A stretch of DNA of 24,478 nt from Octopus sinensis. Lineage: Eukaryota. Shown in pieces: positions 1 through 9,811 of the stretch. Every line of letters begins with the position of its first letter. The first letter of the stretch is position 1. The stretch is from the NCBI RefSeq assembly GCF_006345805.1, contig NW_021836433.1, positions 1 to 24,478 of the forward strand, in the 5' to 3' direction. The notes under the pieces are model-generated. The model worked only from the letters and a program-made list of their open reading frames with translations, had not been told where the DNA came from and ran no database searches. The position numbers and the translations under genes are program-made.

Positions 1-270
1 AAGTGTCTTCTAATACGGCTCCGGGACGATTAATGTCTTACGCGTGAATTTGGCAGACAGAAACCGTGCGGAAGCCTGTTCTGTATGTGTTCATGTATGT
101 ATACATTTGTGTGTCTGTGTGTCTTTGAACCTGCGTCTGTCTTCCATTGCTTGACAAATTGAGTTGGTTTGTTTAAGTAGCCTCTAATTTAGCGGTACAG
201 TAAAAGGGAACGATAGAATAAGTTTAAGACTTAAAATGCAATCAAGTACTAGAATGGATTTATTTAACTG
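1..270 (+). mobile_element. Old, 5'-cut copy of tRNA-SINE family B (internal microsatellite type)
   Basis: Colinear similarity to 1697-2158: aagtgtcttct..., gacagaaac...gaagcc, internal TA/TG tract, cattgcttgacaa, ttagcggt...aaaagggaacgatagaataagt. Confidence 0.75.
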
Positions 271-603
271 CTACAAGTAAACTTTGTCTGAATTTCTTTC
301 CCCCTTTCTTTCTTTCTCTCTCCCTCCTCTCTCTTTCTCTCGCTCTCTCTTTCACTCTTCCATAAAACATCCTATCTATGAGCCTATGTTACTAACCAAA
401 CACGCTAGATGGCGTAGTTCCATCGATTTTCTATATTTGGTTCGATCCATTCCTATGCAATTCAGCCTCGACATCAAAATCTCCTAGCCCATCCTGGGCT
501 CATTCGTCTGGTACTGATCAACAAATGACGTAGATGCACTCAAGTATATCACCCTCAGTATGTTGTAACTTTCTGCCCTTGCTGAGAACCATTGATATTA
601 TTT

Positions 604-673
604 CGGGCATCGAACCTACAGAATCTCTAGAACGTCAGAGAACAAGCAGTGCGGTATTTTTTCATTCTGCTCT
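604..673 (+). mobile_element. Head of an old family-A SINE, interrupted by the younger copy at 674-1078
   Basis: Degenerate match to the family-A head (cagaatc..tagaacgtc...gcggtattt); the sequence resumes at 1093. Confidence 0.5.
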
Positions 674-1078
674 GGGGCGGCGAGCCGGCAGAAACGTTAG
701 CACGCCGGGCGAAATGCGTAGCCGTATTTCGTCTGCCGTTACGTTCTGAGTTCAAATTCCGCCGAGGTCGACTTTGCCTTTCATCCTTTCGGGGTCGATT
801 AAATAAGTACCAGTTACGCACTGGGGTCGATGTAATTGACTTAATCCATTTGAATGTCCTTGTTTGTCTCCTCTGTACTTAGCTCCTTGTGGGCAGTAAA
901 GAAATAGATATTTCATCTGCCGCTACGTTCTGAGTTCAAATTTCGCCGAGGTCGACTTTGCCTTTTAACGTTTCGGAGTCGATAAAATAAGTACCAGTTA
1001 CGCACTGGGGTCTATGTAATCGACTAGCTCCTTTCCTCCAAAAATTTTCAAGGCCTTATGCCTACAATAGAATAATTA
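674..1078 (+). mobile_element. tRNA-SINE family A, head plus two tandem bodies, with TSD
   Basis: Head ggcggcgagccggcagaaacgttagc, B-box-like gagttcaaattcc, body gtcgactttgcctttcatcctttcggggtcgattaaataagtaccag; second body from ~910; flanked by tttcattctgctct (660-673) and tttgattctgctct (1079-1092). Confidence 0.9.
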
Positions 1079-1092
1079 TTTGATTCTGCTCT

Positions 1093-1190
1093 TTATATTC
1101 AAAGTTCAAAACCCACTAAGGTCAGCTTAGACTATTTTCTTTCGAGGTCGCTAAAATAATGTACCAGTCAATTATCAGTCTGAAATGCAA
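1093..1190 (+). mobile_element. Body of the old family-A SINE (continuation of 604-673)
   Basis: aaagttcaaaacccactaaggtcagc...ttcgaggtcgctaaaataatgtaccagt is a degenerate family-A body. Confidence 0.6.
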
Positions 1191-1696
1191 TAAACTAGAC
1201 ATAGTATAAAATGTACGTGATAATATGAATGATACAGTTTTTCTGATACAGAAGGAACTCCAGCTAGGGCCAGTAGACGATCCAGGATTACCCTACCCAC
1301 GAAAGGTACGAGCCCTCTCTCCTACTATCCAATCTATAAGCGCATACGTAGTGTAGGGCCAATCGCTCTAACCATTTCTGTTGCAGTCACCCAACTTCGC
1401 ACAAATTCATTGGTGGTGGTGAGAGGGCGTGGCACTTCCCTGTGCACTTTCACTTTCCTTTTCAAGTGGAACTGAACAAAACAGTTGAAGAGAGCTTTGA
1501 CTAATGAAAAAGTGTCTTCCCTCAATCCTTTCCAACATTTACTTTCTTTGACATTTGTACATGTTGCTAACATATTCATGTGCTTCTGCTGCTGCTGTTG
1601 ATGATGATGATGATGATGATGACTATGCACTCACACATATGTATATATATATATATATATATATATTAATATATATATATATATATATATGGACCC

Positions 1697-1858
1697 GGTA
1701 CGGAGTGGCTGTGTGATAAGTAGCTTATTTACCAACCACATGGTTCCGGGTTCAGTCCCACTGCGTGGAACTTGGGCAAGTGTCTTCTACTATAGCCTCG
1801 GGTCGACCAAAGCCTTGTGATTAGATTTGTAGACGGAAACTGAAAGAAGCCCGTCGTA

Positions 1859-1929
<71 letters not shown>

Positions 1930-2158
1930 TGTGTGTGTTTGTGTGTCTGTGTTTGTCCCCCTAGCATTGCTTGACAACCGATGCTGGTGTGTTATGTACC
2001 CGTTACTTAGCGGTTCGGCAAAAGAGACCGATAGAATAAGTACTGGGCATACAAACGAATAAGTCCCGGGGTCGAGTTGCTCGATTAAAGGCGGTCCTCC
2101 AGCATGACCGCAGTCAAATGACTGAAACAATTAAAAGAGTAAAAAGAGTAAAGAGAGT
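1697..2158 (+). mobile_element. Full-length tRNA-SINE family B with internal (TA)n/(TG)n
   Basis: A-box-like tggctgtgtga (1705-1715), B-box-like ggttcagtccc (1749-1759), body cttgggcaagtgtcttctactatagcctcggg, internal microsatellite ~1856-1950, (taaaagag)n tail. Confidence 0.9.
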
Positions 2159-2952
2159 TATATTATATTATTCGTTGTATATTGTATTATATCGTACGAT
2201 GTTGGAAAGATTAAGACGTTTCACGTATAAATTTAAATAAAAAAAAACAGCAAAAAAAATGGTTTAAGAAACTTTTCATGGACAGAACAATTTACATTTT
2301 TCGCAAGACACATCCTACCGCTCTTAGTAGATGTGTGTGGGTGGGTAGGTGGGTGCGTATTTTTTGTGTTTGTGTGATTGTGTGAGTGTGTGTGTGTCTG
2401 TGTGTGTGCGTGCGTGGGCCTTTGCACATGCTTACCTCACAATACGTTATGCAATGTGTTCTCTTCGTACGAAATTATCACCATAGGATGTTTATTTTTA
2501 ATATTTACATCCCCATCAATATTATCACCAGAACGAAATTATCTGTTGACGAGATGTACACCGGGATTTTCCCAACGTTGTCCACTTTACGTTTCTCCAA
2601 ACAAACAAAGCTCATATTTTGATAAATAACAACGATTTTGTTATTGATAAAAGTCGTAATAATACATTCCCACAAATGCGAAAGATATTACGCATACGCA
2701 TATAAAAAAGGACGCAAACACACACACATAAATGCACACTCGCATATATATATTCACACGTGTGTGTGTGTGTGTGTGTATAAAACATATATGTATATAT
2801 ACATATATTTGTGTGTGTGCGAAGGAGCGCATCTATGTAGGAATCAAGCACGTACTAGGTAGTTGTTAACTAAATAACTTATATAAATACACACATAAGT
2901 ATTTGTGTATATGTCTCTGTGTGTGGTGTATATGTGTGTATGTGTTGGTGGG

Positions 2953-2984
<32 letters not shown>

Positions 2985-2989
<5 letters not shown>

Positions 2990-3195
2990 TTTTATTTTTT
3001 AAAAAGCGGCAAAAATATCACAAGACTGTTTCTCAGAGTTTAACGTTCCCGTTCGTCCGACAAACGGGAACGTGAAACTCTGAGTAACAGATTTTGTGAT
3101 ATTTTTTCTGTTTTTTTAATAAAACATATTACTCTACCTCCGGTATTCGAGTACTATTTTTTCCACCTTGTTTCGTATTTATGTACTCACTCTGT
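2985..3195. mobile_element. Inverted (fold-back) pair of PLE-like terminal-repeat fragments centred at 3058
   Basis: Arms 3011-3057 and 3059-3105 are reverse complements with about 4-5 differences; the right arm reads ccgacaa-acg ggaa cgt-gaaa-ctc t gag-ta-acag, a degenerate HHR layout. Confidence 0.7.
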
Positions 3196-3262
3196 ATATG
3201 CGTATAAATATACGAATATATTTAAATATATATATATATATATGCGTATATATATATGTGTT

Positions 3263-3317
<55 letters not shown>

Positions 3318-3718
3318 ATGTATATGTCAATGCATATATGTGTGTATGTTTGTCTGTCTGTGTGTACATATATATGTACATAATATTGATGTACACACAC
3401 GCATACATGTATACAGCCTTCACATACACGCGGGCATACACTCCATGTACATTCCCATACACAAGCACACACACATATACACATATCTGTATTTACAATT
3501 GTATTGGAATTAATCAACCGTTATTCTGTAATTCCACACTTACTATTTCCTTCAACGTAACTATTTCCTCCACCACCCCACCCCTAAACAATGTACTTAT
3601 AATAATTAAATATTAGCTTTCTTTCAAACACACGGAAAATGAGACCATGAGACAACAAAACATTAAGATACATGTGTCTGAAGGACGTTTCTATAAGATC
3701 ACCAATATTCCTCCTGAA

Positions 3719-3843
3719 TTCCACTGAGGTTGACTTTGCCTTTCATCCTTTCGAGGTCGATAAATTAAGTATTAATTTTGTACTCGGGTTGATCTAATCG
3801 ACTTGCCCCCTCATCAAAAACTTCAAACCTTTTGCTGGAAAAG
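3719..3843 (+). mobile_element. 5'-truncated family-A SINE with a perfect 15-bp TSD
   Basis: Body ttccactgaggttgactttgcctttcatcctttcgaggtcgataaattaagt; aatattcctcctgaa at 3704-3718 and 3844-3858. Confidence 0.9.
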
Positions 3844-3938
3844 AATATTCCTCCTGAACGGGACGCCAGCACGTCATTTATAGCTGAGAGAACCGGTAAT
3901 CGATGCTGAAATCGAAGCCCAAATCCTGCCTTCAATTT

Positions 3939-4010
<72 letters not shown>
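3939..4010 (+). repeat. (GATA)n microsatellite
   Basis: Perfect tandem GATA. Confidence 0.97.
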
Positions 4011-4011
<1 letters not shown>

Positions 4012-4085
4012 ACCCTGATGAACTGGTTCATGAAAAGTATGACATAATTGTGTTAAGCAAGACTTATTGAAACAGCTGTTGGAAT
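4011..4085 (+). ncRNA. Degenerate hammerhead-like motif
   Basis: ctgatga 4015-4021, gaaa 4069-4072, palindromic acagctgt, GUU site; helix I is only 2 bp and helix II is irregular. Confidence 0.3.
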
Positions 4086-4499
4086 GAAAATTTTGATATA
4101 TCACTGACATTGTTTTGTGTTTCTCTTTCACAGATACATAGATACATCATGGATGGATGGAAAGATAGTTAGATAGTTAGATAGATAATTAGACAGACAG
4201 TCAGAATGACTGACAGACAGAAAGACAAGCAGGCAGGCAGACAGATAGATATATATAGAGAGAGAGATTGGAAATTTTATCTGCCTACCACCAAAATATT
4301 ATCCGTATACTGAATTATTAATTAAATTTCATAATTAAATTAAACTATTTACACCTAATTGGAAATATTTAGTAATGCAGACTCATGCCTTTAATATCAC
4401 TCTGCTTTTCTTTGCGTAAGTTGGGATACCTTTATTCGGACTTCGTTGGATCTATTATACATACAAATACCCATCATACTTAAATTCATGTATATATTC

Positions 4500-4681
4500 A
4501 TAACTACATATATGTATGTATATACATTCATACATGGATGCATACACACGTATATGTATTTATAATCCTGCATGCATATATTCATACATGCATACATACA
4601 TGCACACATATTTACATATATATATATTTACACAAATGCATACACTCTTACATATATACATAAATTACAACATGCATACAT

Positions 4682-4723
<42 letters not shown>

Positions 4724-4782
4724 ACATACATGGATATATACATGCATACATAGTTACACACACGTATATATATATATATATA

Positions 4783-4822
<40 letters not shown>

Positions 4823-4890
4823 AATACATACATACATACATACATACATACATACATGCATATACACATACATACCTACATACATACATA
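4500..4890. repeat. Compound (TA)n/(CATA)n microsatellite
   Basis: Direct reading. Confidence 0.9.
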
Positions 4891-5254
4891 GAAACAGTTA
4901 TATTCCTGAATAAGCATTGTATGTAATTGTATGTAATACTACGTCCAATAATTTTAAGACCCACTCTCATCACATGTTGGTCACTTGGGCCGGAGCACTT
5001 AGCATCACATCTCAGAAGACTCCCTGCTTTGTAAGCAAAAATGGTAAAACATAAAATAGTGGGAGCGCGACAGGTGGATTGTACCTACAATGTAAAGGGC
5101 TACCCTTGCCACACAGATTCCCAATGACTCTGCTTCGGGATAACATTTAAAGGACATGTGACTATGGAATACTTGACCACCATCACGCCAATTCAGTGGC
5201 TCTGTTAAACCATTTGATCAAACAGACGACACTTCGTCGGCGAGGGGCATTTTG

Positions 5255-5415
5255 TTCGTTTTTACGTTCTGAGTTCAACTTCTGCTGAGGCTGACTTTGC
5301 CCTTTATTCTTTTGGTGATTGAATAAAATAAGTACCAGTTATGCACTGGGGTCGATGTAATTGACTTACACCGCCTTGGAAATTGCACGCCTTGTGCCGG
5401 GATTTGAAATCAATA
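5255..5415 (+). mobile_element. Headless family-A SINE
   Basis: ttacgttctgagttcaacttctgctgaggctgactttgcc...aaaataagtaccagttatgcactggggtcgatgtaattgactt. Confidence 0.85.
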
Positions 5416-5689
5416 TTGAGCAACTGTCCTTTTATTTCACCTTCAACCGTTTATATGAATGAGTTTGCATGTATGTATAATTATTTATATATCTTGGTAC
5501 ATGATGCAGGGGACATCATAATTTATCGGAATGTCTGTGAAGTGGAAGGTGTAGATTAAATCAGCCTTAATATATTACAGATACTCGTTTCATAGATTTG
5601 TGAGGGATAAAAATAAAATGATTTTCAGCGTCGTCATGGTCGTCGTGTCGTTGGTGGTGGTGGTGATGGCGGTTTCACCCATTAGATGA

Positions 5690-5810
5690 GAAATACTTGG
5701 GGAAAGACTTAGTTGACTGCATTGAGCCATGTAGATAACTGGTATTTCATTTTTATGAAAGGGGAAAAGAGCAAAGTTGAACAAGGCGAGATTTTAAGTA
5801 AAACTCCCTG
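5690..5810 (-). mobile_element. Highly diverged family-A SINE fragment
   Basis: ttagttgactgcattgagcc...aactggtatttcattttt...gcaaagttgaac, the reverse complement of the family body. Confidence 0.5.
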
Positions 5811-5912
5811 AGAGAGACTAACTGAAAAACAAATGTCGTAATTGAAGCCATTTTTGTAAACGTGTCTAGCATTTGACAGCTCTTTATATTGCGTTGCACC
5901 GTGTGGTTTAGT

Positions 5913-5913
5913 G

Positions 5914-5946
<33 letters not shown>

Positions 5947-6035
5947 AAAGAGGAGGAGGTGGAGAAAGAGGAGGAGGAGGAGAGTATGGAAGAGGAATTT
6001 ATTGAACAGTGTGATGAGGAAGAAGAAAAAGAAAG
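5913..6035 (+). repeat. (GAG/GAA)n purine-rich repeat
   Basis: Direct reading; no flanking ORF or splice context. Confidence 0.9.
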
Positions 6036-6230
6036 TGGTGGGCAGAGGAGATGAGCAATGTTTTAGGTTTCGAAATGGTTCCACCACACCGGATAGACGA
6101 GCAGGCCAAGACTTCTCTTGATGAGAAGGCTATTCCGTCACAGGATAACCCATTTGCAGCTGAGTGAACCTCAGATCAAATTGAAATGAGGTGTCTTGCA
6201 CAAGTACATCACACACACACACACACACAC

Positions 6231-6272
<42 letters not shown>

Positions 6273-6326
6273 CGAGTGAGTAGACAAACGAAAGAAGGGC
6301 ACTCACATTTATTGGGAGTTACATGT

Positions 6327-6470
6327 GTAGATGAAAACAGTTCAATTCAGATTCCTTGCTACTCTGAGTAGGGTCTTCGGTCATTGGTGTCAGGCACCAA
6401 TGGCTGAAGACTAGCGACGTGCTTGAAACTCATAGTAGCAAGGATTCTGAACAAAACTATTTTGATCTAT
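6327..6470. repeat. Long imperfect inverted repeat with an HHR-like core in the right arm
   Basis: 6346-6369 pairs with 6428-6451 (2 mismatches); 6373-6389 pairs with 6395-6411; loop tcagg; ctgaaga 6404-6410 and gaaa 6425-6428. Confidence 0.75.
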
Positions 6471-6544
6471 GTATATATGTATGTATATATATGATATCAC
6501 CATTTTAGACCGTATACATTTTTCTCTCTCTGTTTTTTCCACCA

Positions 6545-6690
6545 CTCCACTTCTTATTCCTTTCTGTTGAAGAGCGTAGGCTCGAAACGTAAAAAGGTTT
6601 TCCATTCTTCCTGAGCGTTAAACTAATACACCTCCTTGTTGTTCTTACACTACACCTGTCTTCGTATTTCTGTTCTGTAAATTTGAGCCG
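6545..6690 (+). mobile_element. PLE-like terminal fragment, GAGC-GUAG-GCUC family
   Basis: cctttctgttgaagagcgtaggctcgaaacgtaaa plus T-rich tail; homologous to the minus-strand copy at 9442-9545. Confidence 0.7.
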
Positions 6691-7159
6691 TGTGCGTGTG
6701 TGTGTGTGTAAACAGGACGGCCACAGTTGGTTTACTTGTTGAGTCAGGCTTACGCTAATACGAAAGAATATAAAGTTCCATCTGTGTGAAAGTAAAAATC
6801 TCAACATATAGTGAGGCATTACATAGACACAGTTCATGTGAAATATCTTTTTTAACAAAAGCTGGAATCTACAATAGTTAGCTCCCCTAGCTGTGCTTTA
6901 GGTTTCCCTTCGTCAGAACAACCAATGGTAATTACTTGTTATTAATGACTTTATTAATTGTTTCTTGCCAAGGAAACGAAGACGTTACATCAAACAATAT
7001 GTAGATGCATAGAGAGTGGGGCTAGTATTTAGGAGTGTTGCAAACACAATGGTGACACTGTGGTTCCGATTCTCAAAGCGGCTGCGCGATGTCTTCTTGA
7101 AAGGAAACGCGTAATTTCAAGTTGCACCAGTCAAATCAGCTGTAAATGGGTAACCTTTT

Positions 7160-7293
7160 CACGAATTAGACCTCCGGTCAGAGGGAATGCTAGCCTACTC
7201 ATCTAGCCAGCAAGGTAGGTAGCATCATTCGAAGGCTAAAAACGATATGAAGTGTATTGTGACCAGCGATAACCTAGTGGGTACAGTGATACC
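7160..7293 (+). mobile_element. Older repeat fragment (probable SINE tail) interrupted by the SINE at 7294-7593
   Basis: cggtcagagggaatg...cattcgaaggctaaaaac...attgtgaccagcgat recognised from memory as a recurrent octopus repeat. Confidence 0.4.
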
Positions 7294-7593
7294 TTCTTCC
7301 TTCTCGAGCCATGCTTGGCTCATTAGTGCCGGTTTCCCACTTTCCTTGGCCTATATGTTCCCCACCTGGACGGGACGCCGGTCTATCGCAGGTGAGCTGC
7401 AAGATGCAAGAGGAAAGCGTGAGAGAAAGTTGTGGCGAAAGAGTCAGCAGAAGTTCGCTATTACCTTCTGCCGGAGACGCGTGGAGCTTAGGTGTTTCGC
7501 CTATAAACACACACATCGCCTGGTCTGAGATTCGAAGCCGCGATCCCTCGACCGCGAGTCCGCTGCTCTAACCACTAGGCCATGTGCCTCCAC
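7294..7593 (-). mobile_element. Full-length tRNA-SINE family C with a V-domain-like core and TSD
   Basis: Minus strand: A-box tggcctagtgg (7582-7572), B-box ggcttcgaatctc (7539-7527), core ctgcgatagaccggcgtcccgtccagg; TSD acagtgatacc (7283-7293) / accgtgatacc (7594-7604). Confidence 0.88.
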
Positions 7594-7744
7594 ACCGTGA
7601 TACCGTGATATATAGATATATTTGCAGTATATGATATTGTGTGGCTATCACATATGAGTATGTATGTATAAGTGTGTGAGTGTGCCTGTGTGTGTGTACA
7701 TATGTATGTGTGTATTTATATGCAAGTATGGTCTATTGTTCTAG

Positions 7745-7880
7745 TTTTCTTATATTGGTTTCAGTCATTTGACTGCGGCTTTTCTGAAGCATCACCATTA
7801 GTCGAGCAAATCGACCCCAGGACTTATTCTTTGTAAGCCTAGTACTTATTCTATCGGTCTCTTTTGCCGAATCACTAAGA
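7745..7880 (-). mobile_element. 3' half of a family-B SINE
   Basis: Reverse complement of 2010-2140 (tttcagtcatttgactgcgg...agtacttattctatcggtctcttttgccgaa). Confidence 0.88.
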
Positions 7881-8424
7881 ATTTCGTTCCGCAAACTCGA
7901 GACTCATGTTTCAGACCCAATGTGTGGCAACATGGCTAAATATCTATGCCGTAACCTTGAGTTCATCCATGCTTTGTGATTGTTAATTGTGAGCAAGGAA
8001 ACTGTAAAGAAGCCTGTCTTGTGTCTGTGGTATACACAGCCATTTAGATATTGTTTCAATGCGCTTGTAACTCATTTGAATGAATAACTGAATCATCATA
8101 GTCGATACTGACGAAGATCCCTTCATCCATGTGTGTGTGTATGTGTGTGTGAGTGAGTGTATGTTCAATATACAGGTCTCAGTCATTGAACTGCGACCAA
8201 AACATGGGGATACTTATGGTTGTGGAGTTTAATTACATATAATTTTTAATGCATATTTATGTTTCGTAGTTTTTTTATTTTCTTGATCATGTCAACCTTA
8301 GGGTTTATTGAGGTCAGTTAAGTATTTTATGGTTTTTAATAGTTTGATGACAACTAAATTCGCCTTTCGGATTAGCCCTCACGTTTTCAATGGCAATTTT
8401 GAGTCAAACACATAAAACACACAC

Positions 8425-8427
<3 letters not shown>

Positions 8428-8500
<73 letters not shown>
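8428..8500. repeat. (TA)n microsatellite
   Basis: Direct reading. Confidence 0.97.
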
Positions 8501-8504
<4 letters not shown>

Positions 8505-8744
8505 CCAACATGACGGCAGCCGCGTGGCTGAAATGATTAAAAGAATATAAATATATATATACACGTCACGCCTTCTCTCTTTTTTCGCGTGTCATATTTT
8601 AAAGAACCTTAAATGTAGAATCAAATCAAAGATATGGTCGATATTATATCATTATGAAACAACTGTACTTGATTCATATTTGGAAAAAGGCGCGAATGGT
8701 CATAACTGGAAGTGTTTTTCAACTGTAATATTTGTTCAGTAGCC

Positions 8745-8855
8745 GCTGACCTTGATCTTAACAGCAACAACAAAGCCTATTCTTCGTTTTACTGGCTCTG
8801 GGATGATTTGAACTCGGAGCGAACTTACTCTAGTAGCTGACATTATGCCACTATA
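8745..8855 (-). mobile_element. Very diverged SINE remnant
   Basis: Reverse B-box atttgaactc (~8807-8816) with weak flanking similarity. Confidence 0.3.
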
Positions 8856-9379
8856 TTTCAGGGTTTAACCAAAACACTGATTGCTGTTGATGACGCAATA
8901 GAGAGATTAACAGAGAAGATTTAATCAAACCTCCGTCCGTCCTCACTTCTCCTTTCATTTGCATCACCCAAATTTAATCTCCCGAACACACAAACGTGAA
9001 AATACAAACGAATGCATAATTCATGAACTGCACAAAATAATGCATCTCGCTCTATCTATGTACATACAATATGTGTGGCACTGACTGCATATTGAATGTG
9101 CATCGGCATTTCTTTGGTGCCAACATGCTTTCAGAAGCCGTAGGTGCCGTCTAGCATGCCAGCATTATCTGCCAATATTGTTAGGAAATATTGGCATATT
9201 GTCTTGACAATGGCACTATTAAAGTTTACCTTATATTAGTGTGGAAGTCAGTGGTGAGTTATTTAATAGATGGAACATTGCAAAGGTAACTAGGAATGGA
9301 TATGATATACAGACTGGTATACATAGGTACATGTGTGCGTCTGTGTATATATATATATGAGATAGAAAGAGAGAAAGGG

Positions 9380-9439
<60 letters not shown>

Positions 9440-9441
9440 GA

Positions 9442-9748
9442 ATTTAAAAAAGACGGGTGTGTAAACAACAAACAGATGTATTAGCTTAACGTTTGGGAAG
9501 TGAGAAAGTCTTTTACGTTTCGAGCCTACGCTCTTCCACAGAAAGGAACACAAAAATACAAAACAGTTTTTAAAATTTCAAAAGGTTCAAACGTTGTGGT
9601 GTATTGGAGCGATTTCTCATCACAGGAAGAGTCCAGTGTAATCCATGGGTAGGAGAGATGCAGCCGAAGTGTAGTTGTCCGAGTGAAGGAGAGTAGAAGA
9701 ATGTCCAGGTAGAGAATCCAGATAGAATAGTCCAGAAAAGTTCGAAGC

Positions 9749-9750
<2 letters not shown>
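9442..9750 (-). mobile_element. PLE-like terminal fragment, GAGC-GUAG-GCUC family, between (TA)n tracts
   Basis: The 3' part is homologous to 6545-6690; flanked by (TA)n at 9380-9435 and 9752-9810. Confidence 0.7.
9510..9545 (-). ncRNA. Minimal type-I hammerhead-like motif with non-canonical core
   Basis: CUUU-CUGUGGA-A-GAGC GUAG GCUC-GAAA-CG-UA-AAAG: helix I 4 bp, helix II 4 bp, palindromic ACGU helix III, GUA site; A6 replaced by U. Confidence 0.55.

Positions 9751-9811
<61 letters not shown>

Noticed and set aside
410-448. A-box-like tggcgtagttc and B-box-like ggttcgatcc
   Set aside because: Only 18 nt apart with no cloverleaf; not a tRNA.
2436-2600. Minus-strand consensus donor GAG|GTAAGC
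   Set aside because: All frames close within ~110 nt and there is no convincing acceptor; the expected chance frequency is not negligible.
5913-6035. Poly-Glu-like coding stretch
   Set aside because: Simple GAG/GAA repeat without an ORF or splice sites.
6880-6925. Minus-strand CUGACGA-AGG GAAA CCU motif
   Set aside because: The GAAA after helix II is missing and there is no helix I or III; too degenerate to call an HHR.
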